A stretch of 64,000 bases of DNA from an uncultured Pseudomonadota bacterium (GTDB lineage Bacteria > Pseudomonadota > Gammaproteobacteria > Natronospirales > REEB76), in assembly GCA_963774895.1 (NCBI GenBank), contig CAVZGN010000001.1:450419-514418 (forward strand), in the 5' to 3' direction. A model generated the notes under the pieces. The model was given only the letters and a program-made list of their open reading frames with translations. It was not told the origin of the DNA and did no database searches. Positions 8,838-19,706 of the stretch are shown in pieces (within the stretch, counting starts at the first letter, position 1; each line of letters opens with the position of its first letter). Position numbers and translations under genes: made by a program.

Positions 8838-9155
8838 ATGTACGCGGTGATTGAGACCGGTGGCAAACAGTACCGGGTGAGCGAGGGCGACGTGGTCCGC
8901 ATCGAGAAACTCGAGGCGGAAGCGGGCGCCGCGGTGGAATTCGTCCGCGTGTTGCTGGTGGCCAAGGACGATGGCGCGCCGGTGCTGGGGACACCGTTCC
9001 TGAAGGGCGGCAAGGTCACAGGCACGGTCAAGGGACTGGGCCGCCACGACAAGATCTTCATCTTCAAGATGCGTCGGCGCAAGAACTACCGCCGTCGCGC
9101 CGGTCACCGGCAGGCCTATAGCGATGTCCAGATCACCGGCATCCAGGCCGGTTGA
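8838..9155 (+). CDS. rplU: 50S ribosomal protein L21
   Basis: ATG 8838 gives MYAVIETGGKQYRVSEGD..., the canonical L21 N-terminus. The track ORF extends upstream spuriously. Confidence 0.95.
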   Translation: MYAVIETGGKQYRVSEGDVVRIEKLEAEAGAAVEFVRVLLVAKDDGAPVLGTPFLKGGKVTGTVKGLGRHDKIFIFKMRRRKNYRRRAGHRQAYSDVQITGIQAG

Positions 9156-9175
9156 GTTTTAGAGGTTAAGCGAAC

Positions 9176-9433
9176 ATGGCACACAAGAAAGCAGGCGGCA
9201 GCACCCGCAACGGTCGCGACTCCGAATCCAAACGCCTGGGCGTCAAGCTCTACGGCGGGCAGCAGGTGATCGCTGGCAACATCATCATCCGCCAGCGCGG
9301 TACCCAGTATCACGCCGGCGTGAACGTAGGCATGGGCCGCGACCACACGCTGTTCGCCAAGGCCGACGGCAAGATCAAGTTTGCTCTCAAGGGCCGGCCG
9401 CAGCGCCGTGTCGTGAGTGTGGTGACTGAATAA
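9176..9433 (+). CDS. rpmA: 50S ribosomal protein L27
   Basis: [24 protein letters not shown] is the canonical L27 N-terminus. Confidence 0.95.
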   Translation: MAHKKAGGSTRNGRDSESKRLGVKLYGGQQVIAGNIIIRQRGTQYHAGVNVGMGRDHTLFAKADGKIKFALKGRPQRRVVSVVTE

Positions 9434-9457
9434 CTGACCCGCAGCCGCACTATGCGA

Positions 9458-9482
9458 AGCCCCGGCTAGCCCGGGGCTTTTA
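9458..9482 (+). terminator. rho-independent terminator after rpmA
   Basis: agccccgg-ctagc-ccggggct followed by tttt. Confidence 0.6.
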
Positions 9483-9536
9483 GTCTGTGATGGTTGAGGC
9501 TTGAAGCGCAGGAGTGACAGTCAGTCGCCGGGATGA

Positions 9537-10637
<1,101 letters not shown>

Positions 10638-10743
10638 TCGGTCATCGACTTTAGAATGTATCCAGACCACTCGACAACCGCTGTCTGTTGGCGGAGGATT
10701 TAGCTGTAAAACAGGGTGCACCTATCGTCAAAGGCTACTACCG

Positions 10744-11505
10744 ATGCCCATGTTTGAGACCACCAAGGAAAAAGTCGAATTGACCGAACGCCAGATCTCG
10801 GAACTGGATGCCGGATTTGGCGCGTTTCTTCATGCCGGCTATTGCACCTGGGAATCCACCACTGATACTGACAATAGCATCCTGTCTTTCGCAGTGCATT
10901 GTCCCGAGCAGCTTCCTCTGGACTTGACTCTGATGCTTGGGGAAGTGATTACTAATCTCCGTTCAGTACTTGATTATGCAACGAGTGAACTGATCGGCAT
11001 CGACACTAAAACAGAAGATGTCAGGATGGTCTTCCCCACAGCCGCGAAACAGGCGGAATACGTGGCGCGTTGTCGCGATATCAAGACGCGGCGTGACGAT
11101 ACCAAGGCCTTCTTCATGAATCTGGCCGTGTATCCCGATGGCGCTGGAAAGCTGCTATATGCACTGGATCAGCTGGACGCCACCGGCAAACACACGGTAT
11201 TAACCCCTGTCGTCGGTATCGCCAAGATCGGTCCGGTCAAGGTTCTTAATTCGGATGGTAGCTTGGCTTCGACGGCTGCTAGCATGGATTGCTCGATGGA
11301 AATCGATGGGCGCACCCGATTGGTGAATCTGAGTGCCGGTAAGTCCGTTGAGATCGATGTAAACGCTAAACCCACATTTGATGTATTTTTCGGTGATGTC
11401 GGGGCATTCAAGTTCCAGCGAATCGTTCCAACACTCCAGATCCTGCTAACCACGGTGAAAGATACGGTACGGCGAATGGAGCGATTCGTGACTACGAGAT
11501 TCTAG
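10744..11505 (+). CDS. hypothetical protein (253 aa), no recognised family
   Basis: ATG 10744 (MPMFETTKEK...) avoids overlap with obg. The gene is AT-richer than its neighbours and has no signal peptide or TM. Confidence 0.55.
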   Translation: MPMFETTKEKVELTERQISELDAGFGAFLHAGYCTWESTTDTDNSILSFAVHCPEQLPLDLTLMLGEVITNLRSVLDYATSELIGIDTKTEDVRMVFPTAAKQAEYVARCRDIKTRRDDTKAFFMNLAVYPDGAGKLLYALDQLDATGKHTVLTPVVGIAKIGPVKVLNSDGSLASTAASMDCSMEIDGRTRLVNLSAGKSVEIDVNAKPTFDVFFGDVGAFKFQRIVPTLQILLTTVKDTVRRMERFVTTRF

Positions 11506-11667
11506 ATATGACATATAGATTTTCGAAATTGCTATAAAAAAAGCTCAAGTTGAGCAGCTGCTTCCAGCCAGAAACGGACATTCAACCGAGTCAGATATTC
11601 GCGAGATTACGGTGAAGCCTCGAACCAGGTAATTTTTAGAATTAAGGAAAAGGTAACGCAATAAAGG

Positions 11668-11910
11668 ATGGCTGATTTAACGATACGCATGCTGAACATT
11701 CTCATATATTTTGTAGCCGGTAGAATCATGACCATGGCCATAGTGCTATTGGAGGAAAGCGGTTATCGCCTCCTTTCGGGATTGGCAACTCTAATGCGGG
11801 CGTTCACACTCGTAGCATACTTCTTCGTGGGCGAATCGCGGGGCGGCAAGGCTCTGAACCAACATGCTGAATTGATGCTAGTGGACACGCTCGCCGCGTG
11901 GGTGCCTTAA
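11668..11910 (+). CDS. possible small membrane protein
   Basis: 80-aa ORF with two hydrophobic stretches and an aaggaaaagg region upstream. Coding evidence is weak. Confidence 0.3.
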   Translation: MADLTIRMLNILIYFVAGRIMTMAIVLLEESGYRLLSGLATLMRAFTLVAYFFVGESRGGKALNQHAELMLVDTLAAWVP

Positions 11911-12150
11911 ATGCTCGCGGTCATCGTGCTGGCGCCGCGTCTTTCTACTTACAAGACGATCGGCGCAGGTTTCCTTGTATTTTTATTTGTGCGGTGGTGT
12001 TCCTATCGCTTACCCAACACTTTCGCTGGTTTCGCTAGGGGCAAGGACGCATCCATGCCATCCGACATCAGCGCCAAGGTCGTCCCGTAAGGGGTGGTGG
12101 ATGACGCCCCTACAGTGTTCTAATCGGGTCATCGCCCCCAAACGGCCGGT

Positions 12151-13401
12151 ATGTCCACGCCGCCCGTGACACTGTTCCTGGTCTGCGTCGCTGCCATCTT
12201 CCTCATCGGCACTTTCGGCGAGTTTGTATTCTCGCGCACGAAAGTGCCGGACGTAATCTGGTTGATCCTGGTAGGCATCCTCCTCGGCCCCGTGCTGGGG
12301 CTGGCGACCCGCGCCCAGCTCCTGAGTGTCGCACCGTATTTCTCCGTCATCACCCTGGTGTTCGTCCTTTTCGAGGGTGGTAGTCGGCTGGACCTGGTAG
12401 AACTTTATCGGGCCGCACCGCGTTCGGTGTTTCTTTCACTGCTCACATTCCTATTTTCCACTGTGGCTGCCATGCTGGCGGTCAGGCTGATGGTCGAGGC
12501 TGGGATGCTGCCGGCGGCCTGGTCCTGGCGCCAGGAACTCCTCACCGGCGCGATTGTCGGGGGCACCAGTCCCATCGTCATCATGGCTGCCATCGCTCGG
12601 GTCGGGATGCCGTCCCGGGTGGCCAACCTGCTGAGCCTGGAATCAGCCCTGAGCGACGTGCTTTGTATTGTCGCAGTCAGCTCGCTAATCGAATTCTTCA
12701 AGTTCGGCCCCGCGGCAGACGCCGCACCGTGGCTCCCCCTAGTGCGTTCGCTCGGTCTCGGCGTGGTCCTCGGCGCTGTCGCCGGCGCGCTTTGGTTGAT
12801 GCTGCTCAACTGGCTGAAAGAGAACGAGCACGCGTACCCCATCACGCTTGCGGCCTTGCTGCTGCTATACGTGGCGGTGGAGGCGGCTGGCGGTGCCGGC
12901 GCTCTGGGAGTGCTGGCCTTCGCCGTGGTGGTGGGCAATGCCGGCCACATCGGCCGCATGGTCAAGGTTTCCACGGAACTTGGGATGCATGATGACCTGC
13001 GTGGCTTCCATAGCCAGATGGTCTTCATCATCAAATCGTTCTTTTTTACCTTCATCGGCGCCATGCTCGGCCCGCCTTGGGGCCTGGCCGTGGCCGGTGT
13101 GTTGCTGGCAGTGGTGCTTCTGGTGGCGCGTTTCCCCGGCGCTTGGCTCGCGATGTTGAGATCACCGTTCAGCCCGCAAGAAAGGCGTATCGTATTTCTC
13201 AGCCTGCCGCGCGGTGTGGCGGCAGGCGTGCTGGCCACCCTGCCGGTGGCCGCAGGCCTTGCCGGCATGGAAGAATTGCCGGTAGTGGTATTTGCTTGTG
13301 TGTTCGGTACTCTCATCATCTTCGCTGTGGGCTTCCCGCTGGTGATGCGCGGCAGCTCGGGAGCGACAGATGCTGAGCCTGCAGGCGATGCCCATGTGTA
13401 G
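12151..13401 (+). CDS. cation:proton antiporter (Na+/H+ exchanger family)
   Basis: 416 aa and polytopic. The N-terminus ...IGTFGEFVFSRTKVPDVIWLILVGILLGP is typical of CPA-type exchangers. Confidence 0.85.
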   Translation: MSTPPVTLFLVCVAAIFLIGTFGEFVFSRTKVPDVIWLILVGILLGPVLGLATRAQLLSVAPYFSVITLVFVLFEGGSRLDLVELYRAAPRSVFLSLLTFLFSTVAAMLAVRLMVEAGMLPAAWSWRQELLTGAIVGGTSPIVIMAAIARVGMPSRVANLLSLESALSDVLCIVAVSSLIEFFKFGPAADAAPWLPLVRSLGLGVVLGAVAGALWLMLLNWLKENEHAYPITLAALLLLYVAVEAAGGAGALGVLAFAVVVGNAGHIGRMVKVSTELGMHDDLRGFHSQMVFIIKSFFFTFIGAMLGPPWGLAVAGVLLAVVLLVARFPGAWLAMLRSPFSPQERRIVFLSLPRGVAAGVLATLPVAAGLAGMEELPVVVFACVFGTLIIFAVGFPLVMRGSSGATDAEPAGDAHV

Positions 13402-13424
13402 ATTTTTGATTTGCGCGGAAGACC

Positions 13425-14672
13425 GCTTTGGGTTGCGATTTCAACTGATCGACGCAACACGCTAGATTCTGCGCGAGCAGAAGGAGGTGTTGCAAGTGAC
13501 ATACAGAACTCGGATTTATTACACCGAACGCCAGAAGGCCCTGATGTGGGAGCGCTGGCAGAAAGGGGAATCTCTCCAACAGATCGCCCAGCTGTTTGAC
13601 CGGTCGCACGGATCGGTCCACGGCATACTGGTTAAGACCGGCGGCATTCGCCCGAGGCCGCGCCGGCGTTCGCGTTTAGCGCTAAGCTTGGCGGAGCGTG
13701 AAGAGCTATCGCGCGCCGTAGCACAGGGCTTCTCATGTCGCTCGATCGCGCGCTCCCTGGGACGCGCACCCTCGAGTGTCAGCCGTGAGCTTAAACGCAA
13801 TGGCGGCCCGGGGTGCTACCGGGCGAGCCAGGCCGACCAGAGTGCTTGGGACCGGGGCCGCCGCCCCAAGGTCTGCAAGCTGGTCGAGCATCGAGCCTTG
13901 GCGCGCCTGGTGACCGACAAGCTGCAGTCATCCTGGTCGCCGGAGCAGATCGCCGGATGGCTGAAGCGGCGCTTTCCCGATGATGAGGGTCTGCAGGTGT
14001 CACACGAGACGATCTATAAGACTCTGTTCATCCAGGCGCGCGGGGCCTTGAAAAAAGAGCTGTTAGAGCACTTGCGGCGTAGCCGTGCCATGCGCCGTTC
14101 ACGCCATCACACCCAGAAGACCGATGACCATGGCCGGATCCTGAACGCCGTGTCGATCCGCGAGCGTCCGGCCACCGTCGAAGACCGTGCGGTGCCGGGC
14201 CACTGGGAAGGCGACTTGCTGTTCGGCAACCAGCGCAGCCAGATTGCCACCCTGGTCGAACGGCATACCCGCTATGTCATGCTGGTGAAAGTCGCGAGCA
14301 AAGATACCGAGACCGTCATCAGCGCATTGATCAAACATGCCCATAAGCTGCCGCAGGAGCTCTATAAATCCTTGACCTGGGATCGCGGCAAAGAGATGGC
14401 CGACCACCAACGCTTCACCCTGGCGACGGATGTCAAAGTCTACTTCTGTGATCCGCAAAATCCCTGGCAACGTGGCAGTAACGAGAATACCAACGGGCTA
14501 CTGAGGCAGTACTTTCCTAAGGGCACCGATCTGTCGGTGTACTCGCAGGCTAAACTCAACGCAGTCGCCAGGCAGTTAAATGAGCGGCCGAGGAAGACGC
14601 TGAACTATGAAACGCCGGCTGAACGCTTTGGCCAATGTGTTGCGTCGATCAGTTGAAACCGCAGTCGGAAGC
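13425..14672 (+). mobile_element. IS30-family insertion sequence, copy A
   Basis: The 1248-bp unit is shared with 23129-24376 at an offset of 9704. All track ORFs inside are identical in both copies (389, 93, 70, 123 aa). The imperfect terminal IRs are gctttgggttgcgatttcaactgatcgacgcaacac and, as reverse complement, gcttccgactgcggtttcaactgatcgacgcaacac. The inner 26 nt resemble the IS30 IR as I remember it. Confidence 0.9.
13496..14656 (+). CDS. IS30-family DDE transposase
   Basis: There is an N-terminal HTH region, and PGHWEGDLLFG plus the downstream D/E residues are typical of IS30 transposases. The aaggagg SD at 13481-13487 favours GTG 13496; the track ORF starts at 13487. Confidence 0.9.
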   Translation: MTYRTRIYYTERQKALMWERWQKGESLQQIAQLFDRSHGSVHGILVKTGGIRPRPRRRSRLALSLAEREELSRAVAQGFSCRSIARSLGRAPSSVSRELKRNGGPGCYRASQADQSAWDRGRRPKVCKLVEHRALARLVTDKLQSSWSPEQIAGWLKRRFPDDEGLQVSHETIYKTLFIQARGALKKELLEHLRRSRAMRRSRHHTQKTDDHGRILNAVSIRERPATVEDRAVPGHWEGDLLFGNQRSQIATLVERHTRYVMLVKVASKDTETVISALIKHAHKLPQELYKSLTWDRGKEMADHQRFTLATDVKVYFCDPQNPWQRGSNENTNGLLRQYFPKGTDLSVYSQAKLNAVARQLNERPRKTLNYETPAERFGQCVASIS

Positions 14673-14730
14673 GGTCGTTCGCAGCGAAACGTTATCAGAC
14701 CTGTTTCTCCAATCGAATGCATTGACGTTC

Positions 14731-16251
14731 TCATCCAAGTACAGATGATGCCATGGAATCCACTCGGTTATTGGTCCTGAATTGATTCGCACTTTCTTGA
14801 TCACCTCCTGCCGCACTGAGCAGGTACATGGCAGCGTACGCACGCCAGGGCTTCCAGGTTTCAGCACGTCGTAGTATTGCCTCTCGCAATGGGTTAGTGC
14901 TAATTATAGGCTGTAGTACCCGATGTCCAATCGGAAACGCGTCCGGGTCATTAAGTGCACGCATCGCAATATATTGAATAGTAGGTTCTTCAATATCTTT
15001 GATGTCTTTTAATTTGGCTAGGAGTTGGTCAAGAGATGTGTCAGCCCCAGACATGGTCACGGCCTGCGCAGCGGTCCGAATTGTGCGTGCACATGATGAC
15101 GGTAGGCATGAAAGACGGGCGCTGGCCAGTGTCTTAGTTTGCGGAAAAATACGGGAAAACTCCTGCGTATCAGAAGATGCCATTGGTTCACCAAAACACT
15201 CGACCAATCGACCTGCCAGCATCCCGGCCTCGTGCAAAGGGAAGTGCTGACTTAAAATTGCATGCACGATGAGCTCAAAACTATCCCAAGTTCCAGGTAT
15301 CCGCATTCCTGGATGACGTCGTAATAGGTGTACCAGTAAGCGATCGCGACCTAAGTGCTTGCAGATAACTTCCGGATCTGCAGCCAAGTCAAACATCGCA
15401 CGCACCCGTGTGACGATCTGAAGCAAACATTCCGGTTGAGGGAATCGGATGTGAGCTCGCAACATATGGGTGCCGGCCATCGGTCTTACTTCTAGAATTC
15501 CATGATGATCGTGGATTGCGATACTGCGGCGATAAATGCCCTTCGTTATTGATTCCACCCCGGGCGTCAAACTAGCGGTAAGGTATGTCAGCAGTGAGTT
15601 CCAATTGTACGGCGGGCGGTAAGCCAGATGAAATACATACTCGTCTGGGACTCGAGAGTGAAGGCCCATGCGCCGCAATTCGGAAGGTGGGCGCCCATAG
15701 CATTTATGAAAAACCTCATTAAATCGCCGGATACTTCTGAAACCAGAAGCCATCGCGATTTGGGCCATAGACAGATTGGTATCACTAATTAACTGCTTGG
15801 CAAAATGCAGTCGTCGCGTCTGGGCAACAGTCGTGGGTAATGCCCCCAAATGCCGCAAAAACAGTCGTGACAGGTGGCGCGCACTCATTCCAAGGCGGTT
15901 TGCGAGCATTTCTACATTACCTTCATCCAATGCACCCTCGGCAATGAGTCGCAGGCCGCGGTTTACGGTGGCCGATGTTCCATTCCAGGCAGGTGTGCCT
16001 GGCGCCACTTCCGGGCGGCAGCGCAGACAGGGGCGAAATCCGGCTTGGGTCGCCGCCGCGGCCGAGGGGAAATACCGCACATGCACACGTTTTGCATGTG
16101 GCGAGGGGCAAATAGGTCTGCAATAGATGCCTGTGGACGTGACTCCAATAAACACACGTCCGTCAAAACGCGCATCCCGATTGAGCCGCGCTTGCTCGCA
16201 TGTTTGTTCGTCTAGTAGTTCCACTTGGCAATCCAAGCTTAGAGAACACAC
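14731..16251 (-). CDS. Ada-type Zn-finger / AraC HTH / AlkA (DNA-3-methyladenine glycosylase II) fusion protein
   Basis: The N-terminus DARFDGRVFIGVTSTGIYCRPICPS...GFRPCLRCRPE is an Ada Zn-binding domain. The AraC HTH is MSARHLSRLF...IAMASGFRSIRRFNEVF. The C-terminus is HhH-GPD-like (IQYIAMRALNDPDAFP). Confidence 0.8.
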   Translation of the reverse strand: MCSLSLDCQVELLDEQTCEQARLNRDARFDGRVFIGVTSTGIYCRPICPSPHAKRVHVRYFPSAAAATQAGFRPCLRCRPEVAPGTPAWNGTSATVNRGLRLIAEGALDEGNVEMLANRLGMSARHLSRLFLRHLGALPTTVAQTRRLHFAKQLISDTNLSMAQIAMASGFRSIRRFNEVFHKCYGRPPSELRRMGLHSRVPDEYVFHLAYRPPYNWNSLLTYLTASLTPGVESITKGIYRRSIAIHDHHGILEVRPMAGTHMLRAHIRFPQPECLLQIVTRVRAMFDLAADPEVICKHLGRDRLLVHLLRRHPGMRIPGTWDSFELIVHAILSQHFPLHEAGMLAGRLVECFGEPMASSDTQEFSRIFPQTKTLASARLSCLPSSCARTIRTAAQAVTMSGADTSLDQLLAKLKDIKDIEEPTIQYIAMRALNDPDAFPIGHRVLQPIISTNPLREAILRRAETWKPWRAYAAMYLLSAAGGDQESANQFRTNNRVDSMASSVLG

Positions 16252-16605
16252 TGGTCATTCTACTGACATAGATTCTTCTTCGGCTAGCCGTTTTCAGACG
16301 TTATTGTCTTTGGTTCGTTGTTTCGCCTAGACACTATGGTTTGCACTGTTGAATGTTGGGGCGAAGGTGGAAACATTGCCCGCAGGCACGTCTCACATAT
16401 GAGTGACCATGAGAGACCGTAATTTGATACACATTGAGGTCCTAATACCGCCAGCAATTAAATGCGTTCGGCCTAGTATTTTGTCGCAGGGTGACGAATG
16501 TGCTCTCCGAATTGAAATGCATCGCATACGTAACCTGTCAGTGCTCGCGATCCCACCCTGGAGTCAATTCAAAGTGTTGAGTTGGATTTCGTAAAGGAGA
16601 AAATT

Positions 16606-17835
16606 ATGAATATCAAATTTATATCCAGACTATGTTTGATGTCGGCCGCCCTGCTATTCGCTCGCAGCGCCTATGCTGGCAATTCCGAAAACACGCTTTA
16701 TCAAGTAATTAACCTCGGAAATCCGCTTGGTGGCGCTTTGAGCCAAGGCACCAGCAATAATCAGCCGGGACAGGTTCTTGGATTTTCCACCTTTCCGAGT
16801 ACCTACATCATGCACGCGGAGCTATGGCGGGATAACTCTGCGCATGATCTTGGCACGCTGGGCGGACCCAACAGCGCGGTGGCTTGGCCGAATCGTAACG
16901 ATCACGGCGTGATCGTGGGCATATCCGAGACTACCAACCTGCAGCCTCTGGGTGAGCTATGGAGCTGTTACCTGGCGGTTTTCTACTACGCCGACGGGCA
17001 TGTGTGCCGCGGATTTGTTTGGCAGGATGGGGTGATGACCACGCTTCCCACCTTGGGAGGCGACAACGGCTTTGCGACTGGTGTCAATAACAGCGATCAG
17101 ATTGTGGGCTGGGCCGAAAATACCAATCATGATCCCACCTGCGGCGAGTACACGAATAATAACCAGGTACTGCAATTCGAGGCTGTCATGTGGACGCGAC
17201 AGAATGGTCACTATCAAGCGAGCGAACTACCCCCCTATCCCGGCGATATGGACGGTGCGGCCACGGCAATCAATCAGGAAGGCCAAGTCGTGGGTATTAC
17301 AGGCATCTGTGACGGCGCAATCGGAGGCGCAACGGCTGAGCATATGGTGATGTGGCAGAACGGGAGAGTGGTCCGTGAGTTGCCGACGTTGGGCGGTGCT
17401 TACTGGAATACACCCATGGACATTAACAACCGCGGAAACGTCGTTGGATTTTCCGATCTTCCCGGCGATGGGCCGACGATTGGTGACGCGAATTTCCAGG
17501 CCTTTTTCTGGTCTACAAAGCCTTTCATTTGCAACGACAAGCGAATCACGGGCACTTGCAACCTGGGTGCGCTTCCGGGCGACAGCATAAGTGAAGCCCT
17601 AGGAGTCAATGATCGGGACCAGGTCGTGGGCGTGTCATTTCCTTCGGGTCACGCATTCATTTGGCAAGACGGCGTGATGACGGATATCAATACCCTGCTG
17701 GCGCCGGGTACCACGTTGGTACTCACCGATGCCCAGGATATCAACGACCAAGGTGAGATTACCGGTCAAGCATATGACTCCAATACCGGCACAACTGTCG
17801 CGTTTAAAGCGATTCCCACGCGTACGGCACATTGA
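16606..17835 (+). CDS. secreted HAF-repeat protein
   Basis: ATG 16606 follows an aaggaga SD, and the signal peptide is ...ARSAYA. Repeated units (H/G)A(F/V)xWxxG...LxTLGG...A.xINxxGQVVG are present, including HAFIWQDGVMTDINTL. Confidence 0.75.
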   Translation: MNIKFISRLCLMSAALLFARSAYAGNSENTLYQVINLGNPLGGALSQGTSNNQPGQVLGFSTFPSTYIMHAELWRDNSAHDLGTLGGPNSAVAWPNRNDHGVIVGISETTNLQPLGELWSCYLAVFYYADGHVCRGFVWQDGVMTTLPTLGGDNGFATGVNNSDQIVGWAENTNHDPTCGEYTNNNQVLQFEAVMWTRQNGHYQASELPPYPGDMDGAATAINQEGQVVGITGICDGAIGGATAEHMVMWQNGRVVRELPTLGGAYWNTPMDINNRGNVVGFSDLPGDGPTIGDANFQAFFWSTKPFICNDKRITGTCNLGALPGDSISEALGVNDRDQVVGVSFPSGHAFIWQDGVMTDINTLLAPGTTLVLTDAQDINDQGEITGQAYDSNTGTTVAFKAIPTRTAH

Positions 17836-17986
17836 GAACCCGGCTTAGACCGCGCCTCGCTGACGTCGAGTCGGAACGCGAGGAAGTGTGGTAATCAATG
17901 CCATAGCATGGGGGCAGGATAATATCCTGTCCCCATTTTTAAGATTGAACATAGAAATGAAATCCCCTCAAAATCGGAGATCAGTC

Positions 17987-18430
17987 ATGAGTACGAACTT
18001 TCAGCGCGGAATACTGCTGGGTATTGCGGCGATTCTCTTGTTCGCTGCATTGACGATCAGCGCTTCCACTTCGCCCTTTGTAGGCTCTATCATGACGGAG
18101 CACGCTGCATTGTATCTGAATATAGATCAGCGAGCCCCCCAAATCTGGCCTGTGGAGATCTGGGCCGTGGGCGGAGTTCTGAGCAACCGGTCGAACCAAG
18201 GGGTGCTGTGGATCCGGCCCGGTGTCTACACTTTCACGCTGCGTGTCAGCCAGGCAGTGAACCTAGCCGACGTGCCAGGGCTCGCCCGTTCTGCAGGTTA
18301 TAGTCGGACTGAACATGAACTGAAGCTGCAGGCACAAATGGGCAAAGCGTATTACATCGGCGCCAAATTCGAAGCCTCTGGCGTCTGGAAACCGGTGGTA
18401 TGGAAGGTCCGGGACATCAGCGCTAAGTGA
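17987..18430 (+). CDS. hypothetical membrane-anchored/secreted protein (147 aa)
   Basis: A ggaga SD lies 6 nt before ATG 17987. The N-terminal hydrophobic helix is GILLGIAAILLFAALTISA. Confidence 0.5.
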   Translation: MSTNFQRGILLGIAAILLFAALTISASTSPFVGSIMTEHAALYLNIDQRAPQIWPVEIWAVGGVLSNRSNQGVLWIRPGVYTFTLRVSQAVNLADVPGLARSAGYSRTEHELKLQAQMGKAYYIGAKFEASGVWKPVVWKVRDISAK

Positions 18431-18645
18431 GCGCTACTGCAAAGCTAAAACTTAGCTATCGAATTTATATAAAGATTTCTATGAAAAACTAGAAATGAAT
18501 AAGTTTTATTTCAAATAATGATCAGAGTTAACTTAATGGAGATGCGCTATAGATTATATAATTATTAATGTTCGAAAATTCGAAAGCTGACGAGCAGCAT
18601 TTATAACAGTACCAAACAATGTCCACACTAAAACTGGGAGATAGC

Positions 18646-19155
18646 ATGTGTAAATGGTTGCTCACGATCATCCTGCTGGGCCTCAGTTTGCCTGTCTTGG
18701 CAGTAACATCAACAGCTTGTACGGCTCCGGAATACAACCGACTCAATTTTTGGCTCGGAGACTGGGATACATACGAAGCAGACGGCAAGGGACCATCGGA
18801 AGCCAGCAATCACGTTACATCCATCTTGGGCGGCTGTGCCATCTTGGAACGTTACGAAGGGACTGACGGTCACATCGGGGAGAGCATGACTGTCTATGAC
18901 GCTTCACGGAACGTCTGGCACCAGACCTGGGTTACGAATCAAGGTCATCTCTTAGTATTGGAAGGGCACTTCAACGGCTTTATGCTCACGCTGGAAGGCT
19001 CTGAGATGAGTAATAATCACAAGCAAGAATTGATCCGTGGGACATGGTTACCGCAACTGGATGGGGTGCGCGAGACGGCGTATATATCCAAAGATGGCGG
19101 CAAAACTTGGAGTATAGATTTTGACATCCTTTTTAAGCCGCATCATGGAAAGTAA
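18646..19155 (+). CDS. secreted hypothetical protein (DUF1579-like pattern)
   Basis: A gggaga SD precedes ATG 18646, and a signal peptide is present. The pattern FWLGDWD...LGGCAILERYEG...MTVYD...WHQTWV resembles DUF1579-type beta-barrel proteins from memory. Confidence 0.5.
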   Translation: MCKWLLTIILLGLSLPVLAVTSTACTAPEYNRLNFWLGDWDTYEADGKGPSEASNHVTSILGGCAILERYEGTDGHIGESMTVYDASRNVWHQTWVTNQGHLLVLEGHFNGFMLTLEGSEMSNNHKQELIRGTWLPQLDGVRETAYISKDGGKTWSIDFDILFKPHHGK

Positions 19156-19706
19156 CAGTAGATTAATATTTACTAACCCTCACAGTGCATTAAATTCTTG
19201 TGATCTCATATTCGAAGGCTACTTTTTGAATGACTGCTACGGGTCGACTGCAGAACTTGAAGGAGTGAATCACCGATGCCGGATATTAAGTGCTGCATCC
19301 GGCCATAAGCAGCCGCTCGGGTTTTTGCACGTTGCCAAAATTATTGTGTCTGCGGTAATAAGCGAAGTCCAATTGGCCGAATTTGACCGTATGGGCTTCC
19401 GCGAGCCGCGCTGCCTAGTGAAGCAATTCCGAGCTTCTTCTTCCAGTGCCAACTTTCTACTAAGCGTTTGAGCGGTCAACGCATTTTGGCGTCCGTGCGA
19501 CTGCCACTTGCTACGACGCGTTTAAAGCCTGCGCTAAAAACGCAAATCTGCGACTTAATATTCGGATATACCTGTCGAATGTCTTCTACGCTGCTGAATC
19601 TGATTGCTTTCTATGTTAGGGGCCGGTCGCCTAGTAGACACGTGTAGAGCGTGGAGTATATTGAATTTGGACAGCAAGAGGTCGCGATACAAGGTCGTCT
19701 GTACTA

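Noticed and set aside
11911-12150. A 240-nt leader upstream of the cation/proton antiporter, considered as a possible ion-sensing riboswitch (nhaA-I/DUF1646-type).
   Set aside because: I could find only short, weak stems (agggg/cccct). I cannot recall the motif consensus well enough to match it, so the claim is unsupported without a covariance-model scan (Rfam/Infernal).
12405-13502. 365-aa ORF on the minus strand.
   Set aside because: It lies entirely antisense to the well-supported cation/proton antiporter gene. Its translation is A/S/T/P/R-rich low complexity, typical of shadow ORFs in GC-rich coding DNA.
19121-19706. Overlapping ORFs 19121-19471 (+, 116 aa) and 19270-19479 (-, 69 aa) in the 550-bp gap before the GGDEF-EAL gene, considered as a transposase or integrase remnant.
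   Set aside because: No recognisable recombinase or transposase motif appears in any frame, and there is no SD. This may simply be a non-coding leader. TBLASTX would be needed.
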